Numbered from the stretch's first letter, positions 10,272 to 21,434 are shown. The stretch is DNA of 64,000 nt from Candidatus Bathyarchaeota archaeon (GCA_963806645.1 CAWDYQ010000002.1:395141-459140); one strand, 5' to 3'. Notes: generated from the letters alone by a model not told the origin. Program-made: numbers and translations.

Positions 10272-11597
10272 ATGGTCTTGGATCGTCTCGGCTCTTCATT
10301 AAATGACGCGTTGCGGAAGGTTTTCAGAGCACCAGTCATGGACGAAAAAACCGTAAAGGAACTTGTCCGCGACATCCAGCGAGCCTTACTTCAAGCGGAT
10401 GTTAATGTTAAGTTAGTTCTTGAAGTTTCTAAAAGAATTGAGGAACGGGCACTAAAAGAAAAGGTTCCTCCTGGAGTTTCTAGGAGAGAACATGTAGTAA
10501 AAGTTGTTTATGAGGAGATAACACGTTTTTTGGGCGAAAAATCGGTTTCAATGAAGATAGAACCCGGCAAAAGAAAAGTTCTAATGCTTTTAGGAATCCA
10601 AGGTTCAGGAAAGACCACTGCATCAGGAAAACTAGCTAAATATTTCCAGAAAAGAGGTTTAAAAACAGCCCTCGTTTGCACCGACACTTATAGACCTGGT
10701 GCCTATGACCAGTTGAAGCAGTTGGCGGATCGAGCAAACATTGCAGTTTATGGAGAACCCAAAGAAAAGAATGCTGTAAAGATCGCTATTCACGGTTTGA
10801 AACAGTTCAAAGATTATGATCTCGTCATTATTGATACCGCTGGGCGTCACAAAGAAGAGGCGGGCTTAATTGCAGAGATGAAGAAACTAGAGAAGACTAT
10901 AAAACCTGACGAATCGATTCTGGTTATCGATGGAACTATTGGTCAGCAAGCAGCCATACAGGCTAAAGCGCTTCATGAAGCTTCGCCAATCGGATCCATT
11001 TTGGTTTCGAAACTTGATGGTTCAGCTAGGGGAGGGGGTGCCCTTTCTGCAGTGGCTGCTATAGGAGCCCCTATCAAATTCATCAGTTCAGGAGAGAAAC
11101 TTGAGGATATTGAGGCTTTTGTGCCCTCCAGGTTTGTGGGGAGGTTGCTGGGAATGGGAGATCTTCAGAGCCTCGTTGAGAAAGTGCGTGATGCAGAGGT
11201 TAAGGTGCCTGAGAAAAAAGCTCGTGCATTTATGAGTGGAAAGTTTACTCTTACCGATATGTTTGAACAATTTGAGTCTATGAAGAAAATGGGTCCCCTT
11301 AAAGGTATTTTAAAGATGATTCCAGGAATGGGTTATAATATCCCAGATGAACAGATGAACTTAGCTGAAGATGCTCTCAAGAAATGGCGTGTGATAATCC
11401 AGTCTATGACCCCTAAAGAGCGGGAGAAACCCAAAATTCTTTCATCATCCAGAATTCGTAGAGTTGCAAGAGGTTCAGGTACCTCAGAAAAAGAAGTGAA
11501 GCAATTGTTAACACAGTATAATCAAATGAGAAAAATGATGAAAACTTTTAGAAGGAAAAAGCTTCCCTTTTTTGGAAAAGGTCTTCCCGGAGCATGA
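10272..11597 (+). CDS. srp54: signal recognition particle protein SRP54
   Basis: 441 aa. GTPase motifs [19 protein letters not shown]. Met-rich M domain at the C-terminus. Confidence 0.95.
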   Translation: MVLDRLGSSLNDALRKVFRAPVMDEKTVKELVRDIQRALLQADVNVKLVLEVSKRIEERALKEKVPPGVSRREHVVKVVYEEITRFLGEKSVSMKIEPGKRKVLMLLGIQGSGKTTASGKLAKYFQKRGLKTALVCTDTYRPGAYDQLKQLADRANIAVYGEPKEKNAVKIAIHGLKQFKDYDLVIIDTAGRHKEEAGLIAEMKKLEKTIKPDESILVIDGTIGQQAAIQAKALHEASPIGSILVSKLDGSARGGGALSAVAAIGAPIKFISSGEKLEDIEAFVPSRFVGRLLGMGDLQSLVEKVRDAEVKVPEKKARAFMSGKFTLTDMFEQFESMKKMGPLKGILKMIPGMGYNIPDEQMNLAEDALKKWRVIIQSMTPKEREKPKILSSSRIRRVARGSGTSEKEVKQLLTQYNQMRKMMKTFRRKKLPFFGKGLPGA

Positions 11598-11657
11598 GAA
11601 GAAGATATCTTGAAACCTAATAGTTAATTTAGTGAGCAAAAAACGAGGAAAAAATTA

Positions 11658-12987
11658 ATGGAGATACTAAAAAAGGCACAAGAAATGCTTGAAGTGCACT
11701 CTCTTTGTGACCACTGTTTGGGAAGACAATTTGCCCTTCTTGGTTATGGACTCGATGATAAAAAACGAGGTGAAAATCTAAAGCTTCTTTTAACGATGAA
11801 AAATCATCAATTAGCGCTTTCCGGTAAGCAGGTAGGTTTTTCAAATTTAAGATTGTTGAGTTCAAATGGATCTTTCGAAATGGCCTCAGAAATACTTAAA
11901 AAAATGAGGAAGAGAGCTAGAAAAAAGAGTGAATGCTACCTTTGTCAAGACGTGTTTAAAAGCTTGGATATATTGGTTGAAAACGCTTTAGCAGCGCTTG
12001 AAAACTATGAGTATACTACATTCCTTGTTGGAATCGAGTTGCCTACTACCGTTGAGGAGCGGGAAGATGAGTTTAAAGCAAGGTTTGAAGTGGGTTACGG
12101 AGAGAGTATGCGAAACGAGTTCAGTCGCGATATTGGGAAAAAGATCTTTAGGCTTACAAATAAACCAGCTGAATACAAAAAGCCTGATGTTGTTGTTCTT
12201 GTTAAACCCTTTACTGGTCAAGCTATTCTTCAGTCTAATCCTCTCTATATTAAGGGGTTGTACAAAAAGCTAGTTCGTGGTATCCCTCAATCAGAGTGGT
12301 TTTGTAGAAATTGTAGAGGTGAAGGCTGTCAAAGATGCAACGGAACCGGCAAAATGTATTCTGAATCCGTTGAGGAGATAATTGCAGGGCCCCTATTGGA
12401 AATAACCGGAGGAGAAGGTGTATCTTTGCATGCGGCTGGACGAGAAGACGTGGACGTTCGGATGCTTGGTACAGGAAGACCATTCATTATAGAAGTTAAA
12501 AAACCCAGAAAACGATTTATTGATCTTAAAAATCTAACAGAACTCGTTAATAAAAAAGCCCAAGGTAAAGTCGAGGTTTTGGGTCTTGGTTTTGCAAGTA
12601 AAGATGATGTAAAACAATTGAAAAAAGCCGAAGGATCTTCGAAAATTTATCGCGTACCTTATCGAATTTGACAGAGAAGTCTCAGAAGAAGAACTAAAAA
12701 ATCTATCAAAAACCTTGACTAAAGCTAACATTCATCAACAAACACCCTTGCGAGTTTTGCATCGAAGAGCTGACCTAGTTCGAGAAAAGTACATATATGA
12801 GGCGAATATAAAGAGGTTGGCGCCTAACCGCGTAGAGATGAAAATACGTTGCCAAGGAGGGCTTTATATTAAAGAGTTGGTAAGCGGCAATGAAGGACGA
12901 ACCGTCCCTAGTATAGCCTCTATTATCAATGCTGAAGCAAAGCCTCTCGAGTTAGACGTTTTGAACGTTATTATGGAGGAAACTTAA
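11658..12987 (+). pseudogene. pus10: tRNA pseudouridine synthase Pus10, reading frame broken once
   Basis: N-terminal CDHCLGRQF and CxxC zinc motifs. ORF 11658-12671 continues in the next frame as IEFDREVSEEEL...QQTPLRVLHRRADLVR (to 12987). The break lies at about 12655-12660. Confidence 0.8.
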
Positions 12988-12988
12988 G

Positions 12989-13288
12989 TTGGGAAGAAAA
13001 GCTAAAGGTTATCGCAGAAAAACCCGTTACCTCCTAAAGAGGAAACCTAGAGAACGGGGAAAGACAGGACTTAGTAAGTTACTACGCGAGTACGAAGCTG
13101 ATGAAAAGGTTGTTGTAATACTAGACCCAAGTGTTCACAAGGGTATGCCTCATCGAAGATATCATGGTAGAATCGGTGTTATAGCTGAGAAGCGAGGAAA
13201 AAGTTACGTAGTTAACGTCTCCCAAGGCAAAGCTATTAAGGAGATAATTGTTCGCCCTGAACATATTACACCTCATAAGGAGGCATAA
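12989..13288 (+). CDS. rpl21e: 50S ribosomal protein L21e
   Basis: 99 aa, basic. KGYRRKTR N-terminus and YHGRIG block. TTG start. Confidence 0.85.
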   Translation: MGRKAKGYRRKTRYLLKRKPRERGKTGLSKLLREYEADEKVVVILDPSVHKGMPHRRYHGRIGVIAEKRGKSYVVNVSQGKAIKEIIVRPEHITPHKEA

Positions 13289-13290
13289 AA

Positions 13291-13629
13291 TTGGCGCGAA
13301 AAGCACTAAAAGAACGCATTGTTACCGTTCCACAAGTAAAAGAAGCCTTGGAAAGTATAGGTGAGGAACAACTGGATCAGTTACAAAGACGTTCCCTTGA
13401 TTACGCCACAAAATTCACTAAAACTGATTCTGTTGCAATTGATACTGTATTGAAGGAACTCGTCGAAAAATTCGAAATGGAAGAAGAAGAGGCTGTGCAA
13501 ATACTAAACGCTATGCCTGAAAGTATCCAAGAAATCAGGGTGTTTTTAGCTGGTGGCCGCAAGATCATTGAAACATCCAAACTTGAGAAAATACTTGTTT
13601 TTCTGAACAAATATAGGAAAAAGGAATAA
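13291..13629 (+). CDS. rpo4: RNA polymerase subunit Rpo4 (RpoF)
   Basis: 112 aa acidic helical protein directly after L21e in the conserved L21e-rpoF-DUF655-ksgA order. Confidence 0.7.
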   Translation: MARKALKERIVTVPQVKEALESIGEEQLDQLQRRSLDYATKFTKTDSVAIDTVLKELVEKFEMEEEEAVQILNAMPESIQEIRVFLAGGRKIIETSKLEKILVFLNKYRKKE

Positions 13630-13686
13630 GGACATTTCTAAATATATTGTCCAACCTAATTGTTACCATTTCGGGGCGAGGAAAGA

Positions 13687-14250
13687 ATGGAAAGGAGCGA
13701 GAAGAGATACGAAGAATACGCTTACGTTTTGGATTATCTTCCCCATGGCCGGGCAGGGAGTCGACCAGGATACAGGGCCGGAGCCTTGGTTCAGGTTGTT
13801 GGAGAAGAATACTTCACGTTCCTCGAAGCAATAGCTAGAGAAGGAATGGCGCTCAATACTTCTGACAGAGTATATGTTGGAAAAGATTCCCGGAGAACAA
13901 TAACCTACATTATTGGGCGAATAAACTATGAAGATTTAACATCTAATGCAAAGATGGAACTTTCTGGAACAATAGAGAAGATAGTTATTAACCGAGAAAA
14001 ATGGTTCGTAAACTTCTTTAATACCGCCCAAGCCATAACTCCTAGGATGCATGCCCTTGAATTGATTCCAGGTATTGGGAAAAAGTATATGTGGCAAATT
14101 ATTGATGAAAGAGACCGAAAACCCTTTCAAAACCTAGAAGATTTACAGAATCGCGCCAACATGCCCACACCCTCCAAATTGATAACGAGGAGAATATTGG
14201 AGGAACTTGCTGGAGAAAGTAAATATAGACTATTTACGAGAGCACCCTAG
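13687..14250 (+). CDS. DUF655-family helix-hairpin-helix nucleic-acid-binding protein
   Basis: Start taken at MERSEKRYEEYAYVLDYLPHG. HhH-like LIPGIGKK. Conserved position upstream of ksgA. Confidence 0.7.
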   Translation: MERSEKRYEEYAYVLDYLPHGRAGSRPGYRAGALVQVVGEEYFTFLEAIAREGMALNTSDRVYVGKDSRRTITYIIGRINYEDLTSNAKMELSGTIEKIVINREKWFVNFFNTAQAITPRMHALELIPGIGKKYMWQIIDERDRKPFQNLEDLQNRANMPTPSKLITRRILEELAGESKYRLFTRAP

Positions 14251-15082
14251 TGGAAAATATTAATCTTCTTCAAAGGACAAAGCATCTTCTTCGTCTTTAC
14301 GGTTTTTCCCCCAAAAAACGTTTAGGACAAAACTTTACTGTCAACTACGACATACTGCAAGATTTAGTAGAAAATGCATCTTTAACTAAAAATGATGTTG
14401 TCTTAGAAGTTGGGGCTGGATTTGGTTTTTTAACCCGTCTTCTTTCAGACAGATGTAAAAAAGTTATTGCTGTTGAGATTGACCCCCAACTTGCAAATTT
14501 TTTAAGGAAAAACCTTAGTCCCTTAGTAATGTGGATTTGATAGAGGGCGACATTCTCAAGGTTTCTCTTCCTGATTTTAATAAGGTTGTTTCTGCTCCTC
14601 CATACTCCATTTCATCTCCGCTTCTGTTTCGTCTTCTAGAAACAAGATTTGATTTGGCTGTTCTGATTCTTCAGAAAGAATTTGCAGAGAGACTCGGAGC
14701 TCGAGTAGGGACAAAAGATTATGGAAGGCTAACCGTTTCAATATACTATCGGACGGATGTGGCGCTTCTGGATGTTGTCGCCCGAAAGATGTTTTATCCA
14801 CCCCCAGACGTGGATTCAATGATGTTGCAACTGAAACCAAGAGACCCACCTTTCTATGTTGAGGATGAAGCCCTCTTTTTTGAACTTGTTCGAGCACTAT
14901 TTACTCAAAGAAATAAGAAGGTAAGAAACTCTCTGATTCACTTCTTACGGAAACGTGAATTCCCAAGAGACGATGCTGTAAAATTGGCTGATTCTACGGT
15001 TTATAGCTCGAAAAGAGTTCGAGAATTAGCACCAGAAGATTTTGGAATTTTGGCTAACGAGTTAGCTACAAAATTTCGTTAA
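14250..15082 (+). pseudogene. rsmA: 16S rRNA dimethyladenosine transferase KsgA/Dim1, reading frame broken once
   Basis: ORFs 14250-14540 and 14531-15082. SAM motif VLEVGAGFGFLT in the first part. The ...NLS / LSNVDLIEGDILK junction needs a 1-nt shift at 14517-14524 (a ccc run). Confidence 0.8.
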
Positions 15083-15236
15083 TATCTTTTGATGCATTTC
15101 CAGAAACATCTATTAGACTTAAAAGCCGTTAGAAAATCATTCTTTCTTGTTTATTTTCCAAGTTATGTGCCCATTTATAGAATAGTTTTTATTAATCTGC
15201 TCAATTAACTTGGCAGATACAATTGAGGAATAGACA

Positions 15237-15734
15237 TTGAAGGCTCGTAATTATAGGGAGGTTAAAGGGCAATCTTACACTCGGAAAAAGTATATCCGGG
15301 GATCTCCTTCGTCAAAAATAGTGAAATTCACTATGGGTAATACTGCAGGTGACTATGAGTATCAAGCTCGTTTGGTAGCTGAGAGATCAGTTCAGATTAG
15401 ACATAATGCTCTTGAGGCTGCTCGTATAGCAACTAACAGGGTTCTCAACGAAAAATTGGGAACTAGTTATCATCTAAAGGTTTTACCATTCCCTCATGTA
15501 ATCCTTCGGGAAAACAAAATGATCTTTGGAGCCCATGCGGATCGACTTCAGGATGGAATGAGAAACGCTTTCGGTAAAGCTATAGGATTAGCAGCTAGGG
15601 TGAAACCTAACCAATCGCTAATAATGGTTAACATAAACAAAGATGGACTTGAAGTTGCAACGCAGGCGTTAAAAAGAGGAAGCGCCAAGTTACCTACTCC
15701 TTGTCGTGTAGTGATTGAGAAACTTGGGGATTAG
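15237..15734 (+). CDS. rpl10e: 50S ribosomal protein L10e (uL16)
   Basis: 165 aa with the uL16/L10e-like pattern (RNYREVKGQSYTRKKY..., GAHADRLQDGMR). Confidence 0.9.
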   Translation: MKARNYREVKGQSYTRKKYIRGSPSSKIVKFTMGNTAGDYEYQARLVAERSVQIRHNALEAARIATNRVLNEKLGTSYHLKVLPFPHVILRENKMIFGAHADRLQDGMRNAFGKAIGLAARVKPNQSLIMVNINKDGLEVATQALKRGSAKLPTPCRVVIEKLGD

Positions 15735-15839
15735 TCGAGGGTATTGTTTTGTATATGCTTGGTCCTGAGGTCGTGACTTTTAGACGGGAAAGTGCTTAAT
15801 TTATTTATAGTTAATAGTCAATAAGAACGAATATGAGGG

Positions 15840-18452
15840 TTGAACTTGACTTCTGAACCTTTAATCGTTAATATTGAAGAAGATATTGCTGCTGATGGAC
15901 GGTTAACCGGTGGAAAGGGTGCTAATTTAGCTAAGTTGTTCCATATTTTAGGCAAGGATAACGTTCCATATTCAGTAATGGTTACCACAGAATTCGCTAA
16001 GATGCTGCTAAATGATCCTGAAATTGTAAAACTAGTTAAAGAATTGGATGGTGCATTGGATAAAGATGATGAGGAAGAGGCTAAAAAAATTGCCAAGAAC
16101 ATAATATATTTTATCGAAAACATAAAGACACAACCTCACCTCATTGCATTACTAGAGAAAAAAATTAAGATGATGAAAGAGCATGTTGGACGGAATAGGG
16201 TTGCTGTAAGAAGCTCTGGCATAACAGAAGATATGGCTACCGCTGCTTTTGCTGGACAATTTGAAACTTATCTTAATGTACCTTTAGATTCCTCTAATGT
16301 GATCAAATATGTTTTGAAGTGTATTGCTTCGGCTTTCGGTTGGAGAGTTATCGACTACAGGCAAGATTTGCGAAAGAAAAAAATTCTTAACCTGTCAGAG
16401 GCTGACCTCCTTACTCAGGGTCTAATCTCTGTTGTCATAATGACTATGATTGATTCAGAAAAGTCTGGAGTTGCATTTTCGATAGACCCTAACACAGGAA
16501 ACCGTAATGTAGGAGTTATTCAAGGGGTTTATGGTTTGGGCGAAATGATAGTTCAAGGAAAAGAAAGTGCCTCTTGGACTGGTTTTGTTAAAGAACCATC
16601 AATCAAAATTCTTGGAATTATACCGCCTAACGACCCTCAGCAAGAAATGATGGTTTACGACGAGAAAACTAAGTCAAATCGAGATGTTCCCGTTGGTGTA
16701 CGGGATCCTCGGGTTCTAACTTTTGATGAAGCAACTCAGGTTGCAAAATTTGTTACAACTATAGAAAATAGCTACAACAAACCAATGGATGTAGAATATG
16801 CCGTCGAAAAAGGTAAAGTTTTCATTACGCAGGCACGCCCAGAAACTGTTCATGCAACAAGAACTGTTTTGACTCTGTATAAGCTTAAACAGAATCCAAA
16901 AGTTGCTCCGCTTTACATCGGTATCCCTGTTGGGACAAAGATTGCTTCAGGTCTTGTTGCCAAAGCAGCGACGCCTGAGGAAGCTATGAAAGAGGTTATA
17001 GCCTTCAACAAGAAGGGATTAAAGCCAATGCTTGTTACCTCAATGACTACGCCCGATTGGGAAGTTGTTATGAGTTTAGACAAAGTTTCTGCTCTAATAT
17101 GCGAAAGAGGTAACCGTACATCTCATGCTGCTATAGTTTCTAGAGAAAGGGGAATTCCATGTGCTGTTGGAGCGGTTGGGGCACTTAACCTAGACGATGG
17201 GGATAAAATCACTCTTGACTGTTCAGGTGGTCAAGCGAGAATATTCGCAGGTGAATTACCTTTTGAATTACAAGAAATCGAATTGAAAGAAATTCCTGAA
17301 ACCGTTACAAAGATTCTGGTTAACATCGGTAGCCCTGATGAGGCTTTACATGTTAGCCAACTTCCTTCGCAAGGTAGTTCTCTTGTTCGAATCGAATTCG
17401 TTGTATCAAGTGCAGAACTGCATCCTGTTTTTGCTTTAAAGGCTGATCAACTTGGACCCGAACGATGGGCTGAAGACGTAAAGAAAAAATATCCGTTTAT
17501 TTCATCCTTGACAGCTGAATATATCGAAAGACTAAAGACTGGTGTAGCCATTATCGCCGGGGCATTCAAGCCTCGCAAAATTATTGTACGATTTTCAGAT
17601 TTCAAAACAAACGAATACGCGTCTCTTCCAGGAGCAGTATATTACGACATAACATGCAATTGTGGTAAAAGCATATCTCTTAAACCACAGAAAAAGTGTC
17701 CTGTTTGTGATTCAACAGCAATAGAAGTTAACAAAGTCGAACTGGAGTTCCAAGAAAATAATCCCATGATCGGTTTCAGAGGTGCTTCAAGATATATTGA
17801 CCCGTTCTTTTCTGACGCATATTTGCTAGAACTTGAAGCCTTCACAGAAGTACACAAATTAGGGTTGACAAATGCAATTCCAATGATCCCATTCATACGG
17901 ACAACTATTGAAGCAGAAAAAGTAAACGAATTAATCAAAACTGCTTTCCAGAAAAAGGACTTGAAATTGCCTGATATCATATTTATGGCTGAAGTTCCAA
18001 GCGTATGTATCATTCCAAAAACGTTTTCGAAATATTGTAATGGTTTTAGCATAGGAAGCAACGACCTCACCCAGCTGATTCTAGGAATAGACCGTGATAG
18101 CGAAAAAATTGCTTGGGAGTTTGATGAATCTAATCCTGCTGTTACAAAATCTATCGAAATTTTATGTGAAGGAGCGCACTCCATGAATCCGGAACGAACT
18201 GTGGGAATCTGTGGTCAGGCACCAAGTGATTTGGGAAAAGAATTCTTGAAGTTTTTGACAATTCATCTGGATTCTATTGGGGTCAATCCTGACAAAGTTG
18301 TTGAAACTTTACTTTCAGTAAAAGAGATAGAAACTGAGTTGATAGCCACTATTAAGAGAAACAACAAAGACACAACTAAAATTGCAATTGAACTGGGAAT
18401 AACAGAGGGTAACTCAGAGTACTTGGTCAAGAAATTTGCGTCAGCGGTTTGA
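15840..18452 (+). CDS. ppsA: phosphoenolpyruvate synthase (pyruvate, water dikinase) with an inserted Cys4 element
   Basis: 870 aa. ATP-grasp N-domain (GGKGANLA), phosphohistidine domain (GNRTSHAAIVSRERGIPCAVG), PEP-utilising C-domain (NPMIGFRGASRY, IGSNDLTQL). TTG start. Confidence 0.85.
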   Translation: MNLTSEPLIVNIEEDIAADGRLTGGKGANLAKLFHILGKDNVPYSVMVTTEFAKMLLNDPEIVKLVKELDGALDKDDEEEAKKIAKNIIYFIENIKTQPHLIALLEKKIKMMKEHVGRNRVAVRSSGITEDMATAAFAGQFETYLNVPLDSSNVIKYVLKCIASAFGWRVIDYRQDLRKKKILNLSEADLLTQGLISVVIMTMIDSEKSGVAFSIDPNTGNRNVGVIQGVYGLGEMIVQGKESASWTGFVKEPSIKILGIIPPNDPQQEMMVYDEKTKSNRDVPVGVRDPRVLTFDEATQVAKFVTTIENSYNKPMDVEYAVEKGKVFITQARPETVHATRTVLTLYKLKQNPKVAPLYIGIPVGTKIASGLVAKAATPEEAMKEVIAFNKKGLKPMLVTSMTTPDWEVVMSLDKVSALICERGNRTSHAAIVSRERGIPCAVGAVGALNLDDGDKITLDCSGGQARIFAGELPFELQEIELKEIPETVTKILVNIGSPDEALHVSQLPSQGSSLVRIEFVVSSAELHPVFALKADQLGPERWAEDVKKKYPFISSLTAEYIERLKTGVAIIAGAFKPRKIIVRFSDFKTNEYASLPGAVYYDITCNCGKSISLKPQKKCPVCDSTAIEVNKVELEFQENNPMIGFRGASRYIDPFFSDAYLLELEAFTEVHKLGLTNAIPMIPFIRTTIEAEKVNELIKTAFQKKDLKLPDIIFMAEVPSVCIIPKTFSKYCNGFSIGSNDLTQLILGIDRDSEKIAWEFDESNPAVTKSIEILCEGAHSMNPERTVGICGQAPSDLGKEFLKFLTIHLDSIGVNPDKVVETLLSVKEIETELIATIKRNNKDTTKIAIELGITEGNSEYLVKKFASAV

Positions 18453-18540
18453 GAAGTAATTAGCTTACCGTATTTCAATGATTATAGTGGATTCGGACGT
18501 TCTAGTTACCTAGAGTCGTCTCATTCTGGTAAAATTGTAG

Positions 18541-19554
18541 ATGAAAACAATGCCCTTCGATCTAGAAGAGAAAAGACTGAAAGAAGAAATAAAGAAGCGA
18601 AAGCCCAAAATCGTGTTATTGCAGCTTCCTGAAGGATTAAAGCCTGAAGCTCATCGCTTAGTCACAGTTATTGAAGAAGCTGGAGCTCTACCTATTGTTT
18701 CGTCTGATCCATGTTACGGTGCTTGCGACCTCGCTGTTTATGAAGCAAAAATTTTGGGTGCTGATCTCATAATTCACTTTGGACACACATCTATGATTAT
18801 GCATTCAGATGTTGCTACAATTTATGTTGAGGTAAAAGCAGAAATTGACATCAAAGAAACAGTAACCAAAGCCTTGCCTTATCTTGAATCATGGGATAAA
18901 ATCGGTTTAGTTACAACAGTTCAGCATGTACACCGGTTAAAAGAAGCAAAACATCTACTTGAGAATGCAGGAAAAACCGTTTTAATTGGTGATTTTGGAT
19001 ACCTTAAGTATCCTGGGCAAGTACTCGGATGCGATTTCAGAAACGCTAAATCAGTTTCGGAAAACGTTGACGCATATGTTTTTGTTGGTGGTGGTAGATT
19101 CCACGCAATAGGTTTAGCTTTATCAACTGGAAAACCAACAATAATTGCCGATCCCTACGAACAAGTAGCGTATCCTATAGACGATCAAGTTAGACGTATT
19201 CAAATGCAACGTTGGGCTAATATATCTGAAGCAAAAAGAGCAAAGAATCTTGGTGTCTTGATAAGTCTTAAAACTGGGCAGATGAAACTAAAGGATGCAA
19301 TTACTATAAAACAAAAAATTGAAAAACATGGACTTAGAGTTAGCTTACTTGCCCTCAGAGAGGTTACTCCTAGTGCTCTTATGCAGTTTCCCTTTATAGA
19401 TGCTTTTGTAAATACAGCTTGTCCTCGTCTTTCTTTAGATGATTCAGGGAATTTTGATAAACCTCTTTTATCTGTTAACGAAACTCTTGTTATGTTGGGA
19501 GAAATGAAATGGGAAGACCTGCTCAGAAAAGGCTGGTTCGGAAACGCGACCTAG
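18541..19554 (+). CDS. dph2: diphthamide synthase Dph2 (radical SAM-type ACP transferase)
   Basis: 337 aa with archaeal Dph2-like blocks ([24 protein letters not shown]). Confidence 0.8.
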   Translation: MKTMPFDLEEKRLKEEIKKRKPKIVLLQLPEGLKPEAHRLVTVIEEAGALPIVSSDPCYGACDLAVYEAKILGADLIIHFGHTSMIMHSDVATIYVEVKAEIDIKETVTKALPYLESWDKIGLVTTVQHVHRLKEAKHLLENAGKTVLIGDFGYLKYPGQVLGCDFRNAKSVSENVDAYVFVGGGRFHAIGLALSTGKPTIIADPYEQVAYPIDDQVRRIQMQRWANISEAKRAKNLGVLISLKTGQMKLKDAITIKQKIEKHGLRVSLLALREVTPSALMQFPFIDAFVNTACPRLSLDDSGNFDKPLLSVNETLVMLGEMKWEDLLRKGWFGNAT

Positions 19555-20156
19555 AAAGAGTTCTATCAGAGATTAGGCCTCATTCATTTCCCAAAGTTTA
19601 CCTTGAGCAATACACTACTCCATCGAACGTGGCCGCAGACACTCTATACATAGCGGCATATTTCAATGATGACATTATAGACAAAACTGTGATTGACTTG
19701 GGTTGTGGGACTGGGAGACTTTCTATAGGTGCTGCTTTGATTGGTGCAAAAAATGTTGTTGGTGTTGACCTCGATCGTGAAGCAGTAAAGGCAGCACAAA
19801 AAAATGCCGAAACGTTAGGCGTAAAAGAAAAAACACATTGGATTGTAGCTGACATTGATGTTATTGCTGGAACTTTTGACACAACATTACAGAATCCTCC
19901 ATTCGGAGTACAAAGAAGAAGGGCGGACAGAAGGTTCATCACGAAGTCGTTGGAATTAAGTTGCATTGTTTACTCTTTTCATAAAGGTGGAGAAAGTAAC
20001 CGAATTTTTATCAAAAGGTTTATTGAGGAGCACGGAGGAAAAGTAACTACCATATTTCCACTCGAAATGGAAATTCCGAGGATGTTTAAGTTTCACACAA
20101 AGAAAAAACAAAGCATTCAAGTTGATTTATATCGAATAGAAGTGAAAAATTCATGA
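19509..20156 (+). CDS. SAM-dependent methyltransferase, METTL5-like N6-adenine family; start uncertain
   Basis: [16 protein letters not shown] (motif I) and NPPFG (motif IV). The 5' end overlaps dph2, so the true start is probably internal. Confidence 0.6.
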   Translation: MGRPAQKRLVRKRDLERVLSEIRPHSFPKVYLEQYTTPSNVAADTLYIAAYFNDDIIDKTVIDLGCGTGRLSIGAALIGAKNVVGVDLDREAVKAAQKNAETLGVKEKTHWIVADIDVIAGTFDTTLQNPPFGVQRRRADRRFITKSLELSCIVYSFHKGGESNRIFIKRFIEEHGGKVTTIFPLEMEIPRMFKFHTKKKQSIQVDLYRIEVKNS

Positions 20157-20752
20157 AAGAATCTGAAAGAAAGAGTGGACTCTTCGTTGTTCCCGGAGCC
20201 AATCTAGGTGTAATCGAAGAGTTTACCAATGGATCTGGAACTTATGTTGAAGACGGTACTATCCACTCACAAGTAACTGGATGCACTCTTCTAGACATGC
20301 TCAATAGGCAAGTCTCTGTTTATCCCCTTGTTCCAAAAGCAAAAGTTCCAGAAGTTGGAAACATAGTTACTGGATTAGTTTTAGATGTTAGGAGCAAGAA
20401 CGCAATTTTACGGATTTTTAAAATTGGAGATAAAGTTCTTTCCGGTTTTTTCACTGGATTATTGCATATTTCTGGTGTTAGTCATGGTTTTGTAGATAGC
20501 ATGTTTGACGTGTGCAAAGTGGGAGACATCATGACAGCAAAAGTAATTAGCACCAAAAACCGGTCCTTTTTCTTGTCGACTGCAGAAAAAGATTTAGGCG
20601 TAATACAAGCCCTCTGTTCACTGTGTGGATATTTGTTGGAACCAAAAAATCGGGGAATGGGATGTTCCAAATGTGGAAACTTTGAGGGTCGAAAATTATC
20701 TCCCAGTTATGGGAAAGAAACATTTTATGAGGTAGACCAAAATGAAAGTTAA
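20153..20752 (+). CDS. csl4: exosome subunit Csl4
   Basis: 199 aa. N-terminal [12 protein letters not shown], central S1-like region, C-terminal CSLCG...CSKCG zinc ribbon. Confidence 0.8.
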   Translation: MKESERKSGLFVVPGANLGVIEEFTNGSGTYVEDGTIHSQVTGCTLLDMLNRQVSVYPLVPKAKVPEVGNIVTGLVLDVRSKNAILRIFKIGDKVLSGFFTGLLHISGVSHGFVDSMFDVCKVGDIMTAKVISTKNRSFFLSTAEKDLGVIQALCSLCGYLLEPKNRGMGCSKCGNFEGRKLSPSYGKETFYEVDQNES

Positions 20753-21029
20753 CGTTCTAAAAAAAACAGACAATGAACTAAAGATTGAAGTGGAAGGTGC
20801 AGGACATTCCCTTCTAAATATGCTTCAAAAGACGCTTTTGGAAGATGACCAAATAGAGATGGCTGGATATCACGTACCCCATCCGCTAATTGATAGTGGA
20901 ATATTATATGTTCATACAAGAGAGCAACAAAAGCCAAGTGAAGCTATAAACGAGGCAACGAAAAAAGTATTATCTCTAAGTAAGGAATTCCAAAAATCGT
21001 TCAAGACTGCAAATAAAGACTACAAATAA
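20742..21029 (+). CDS. rpo11: RNA polymerase subunit Rpo11 (RpoL)
   Basis: 95 aa. ELKIEVEGAGHSLLNMLQ and HPL blocks typical of Rpb11/RpoL. Overlaps the csl4 stop. Confidence 0.8.
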   Translation: MKVNVLKKTDNELKIEVEGAGHSLLNMLQKTLLEDDQIEMAGYHVPHPLIDSGILYVHTREQQKPSEAINEATKKVLSLSKEFQKSFKTANKDYK

Positions 21030-21059
21030 AACTAGTTAAAACTCTAATCAGTACTTTTT

Positions 21060-21434
21060 TTATAGTTCACTTTTATTTTTCGCAGCAATGAGAAGGAAGC
21101 TGAATGCTTCAACATTATCTTCATTTTGGTCCAAGATTTCAATTCCCTCTTCCATTGTCATTAAACCTTTTATCCAAGCGTATACAATCAAAGCTTCGGC
21201 AGCATCTGCTTGTTTGTGTCGGTCAATTCTTGAAGGTAATAATTTTCTTAGCCCTGCTTTTTTGAATGCGTCTGCGAGTAGGCGGCCTTTAACCTTGGTT
21301 CCCGTGGGTTCTCTATTTTTTTTAGATAACACAAGAGAATAGAGAAAATTTACGTATGCATCTCCCAGTTTGGCAAGTTTCTGGTCCATCAAAACTTCAC
21401 TGAGGTTTTCGTATTTTGGTATGAACGCAAACAT
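21060..21434 (-). CDS. RNase III-domain protein without dsRBD (Mini-III-like)
   Basis: 124 aa carrying both halves of the RNase III catalytic signature: LAKLGDAYVNF and HKQADAAEALIVYAWI. Confidence 0.5.
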   Translation of the reverse strand: MFAFIPKYENLSEVLMDQKLAKLGDAYVNFLYSLVLSKKNREPTGTKVKGRLLADAFKKAGLRKLLPSRIDRHKQADAAEALIVYAWIKGLMTMEEGIEILDQNEDNVEAFSFLLIAAKNKSEL

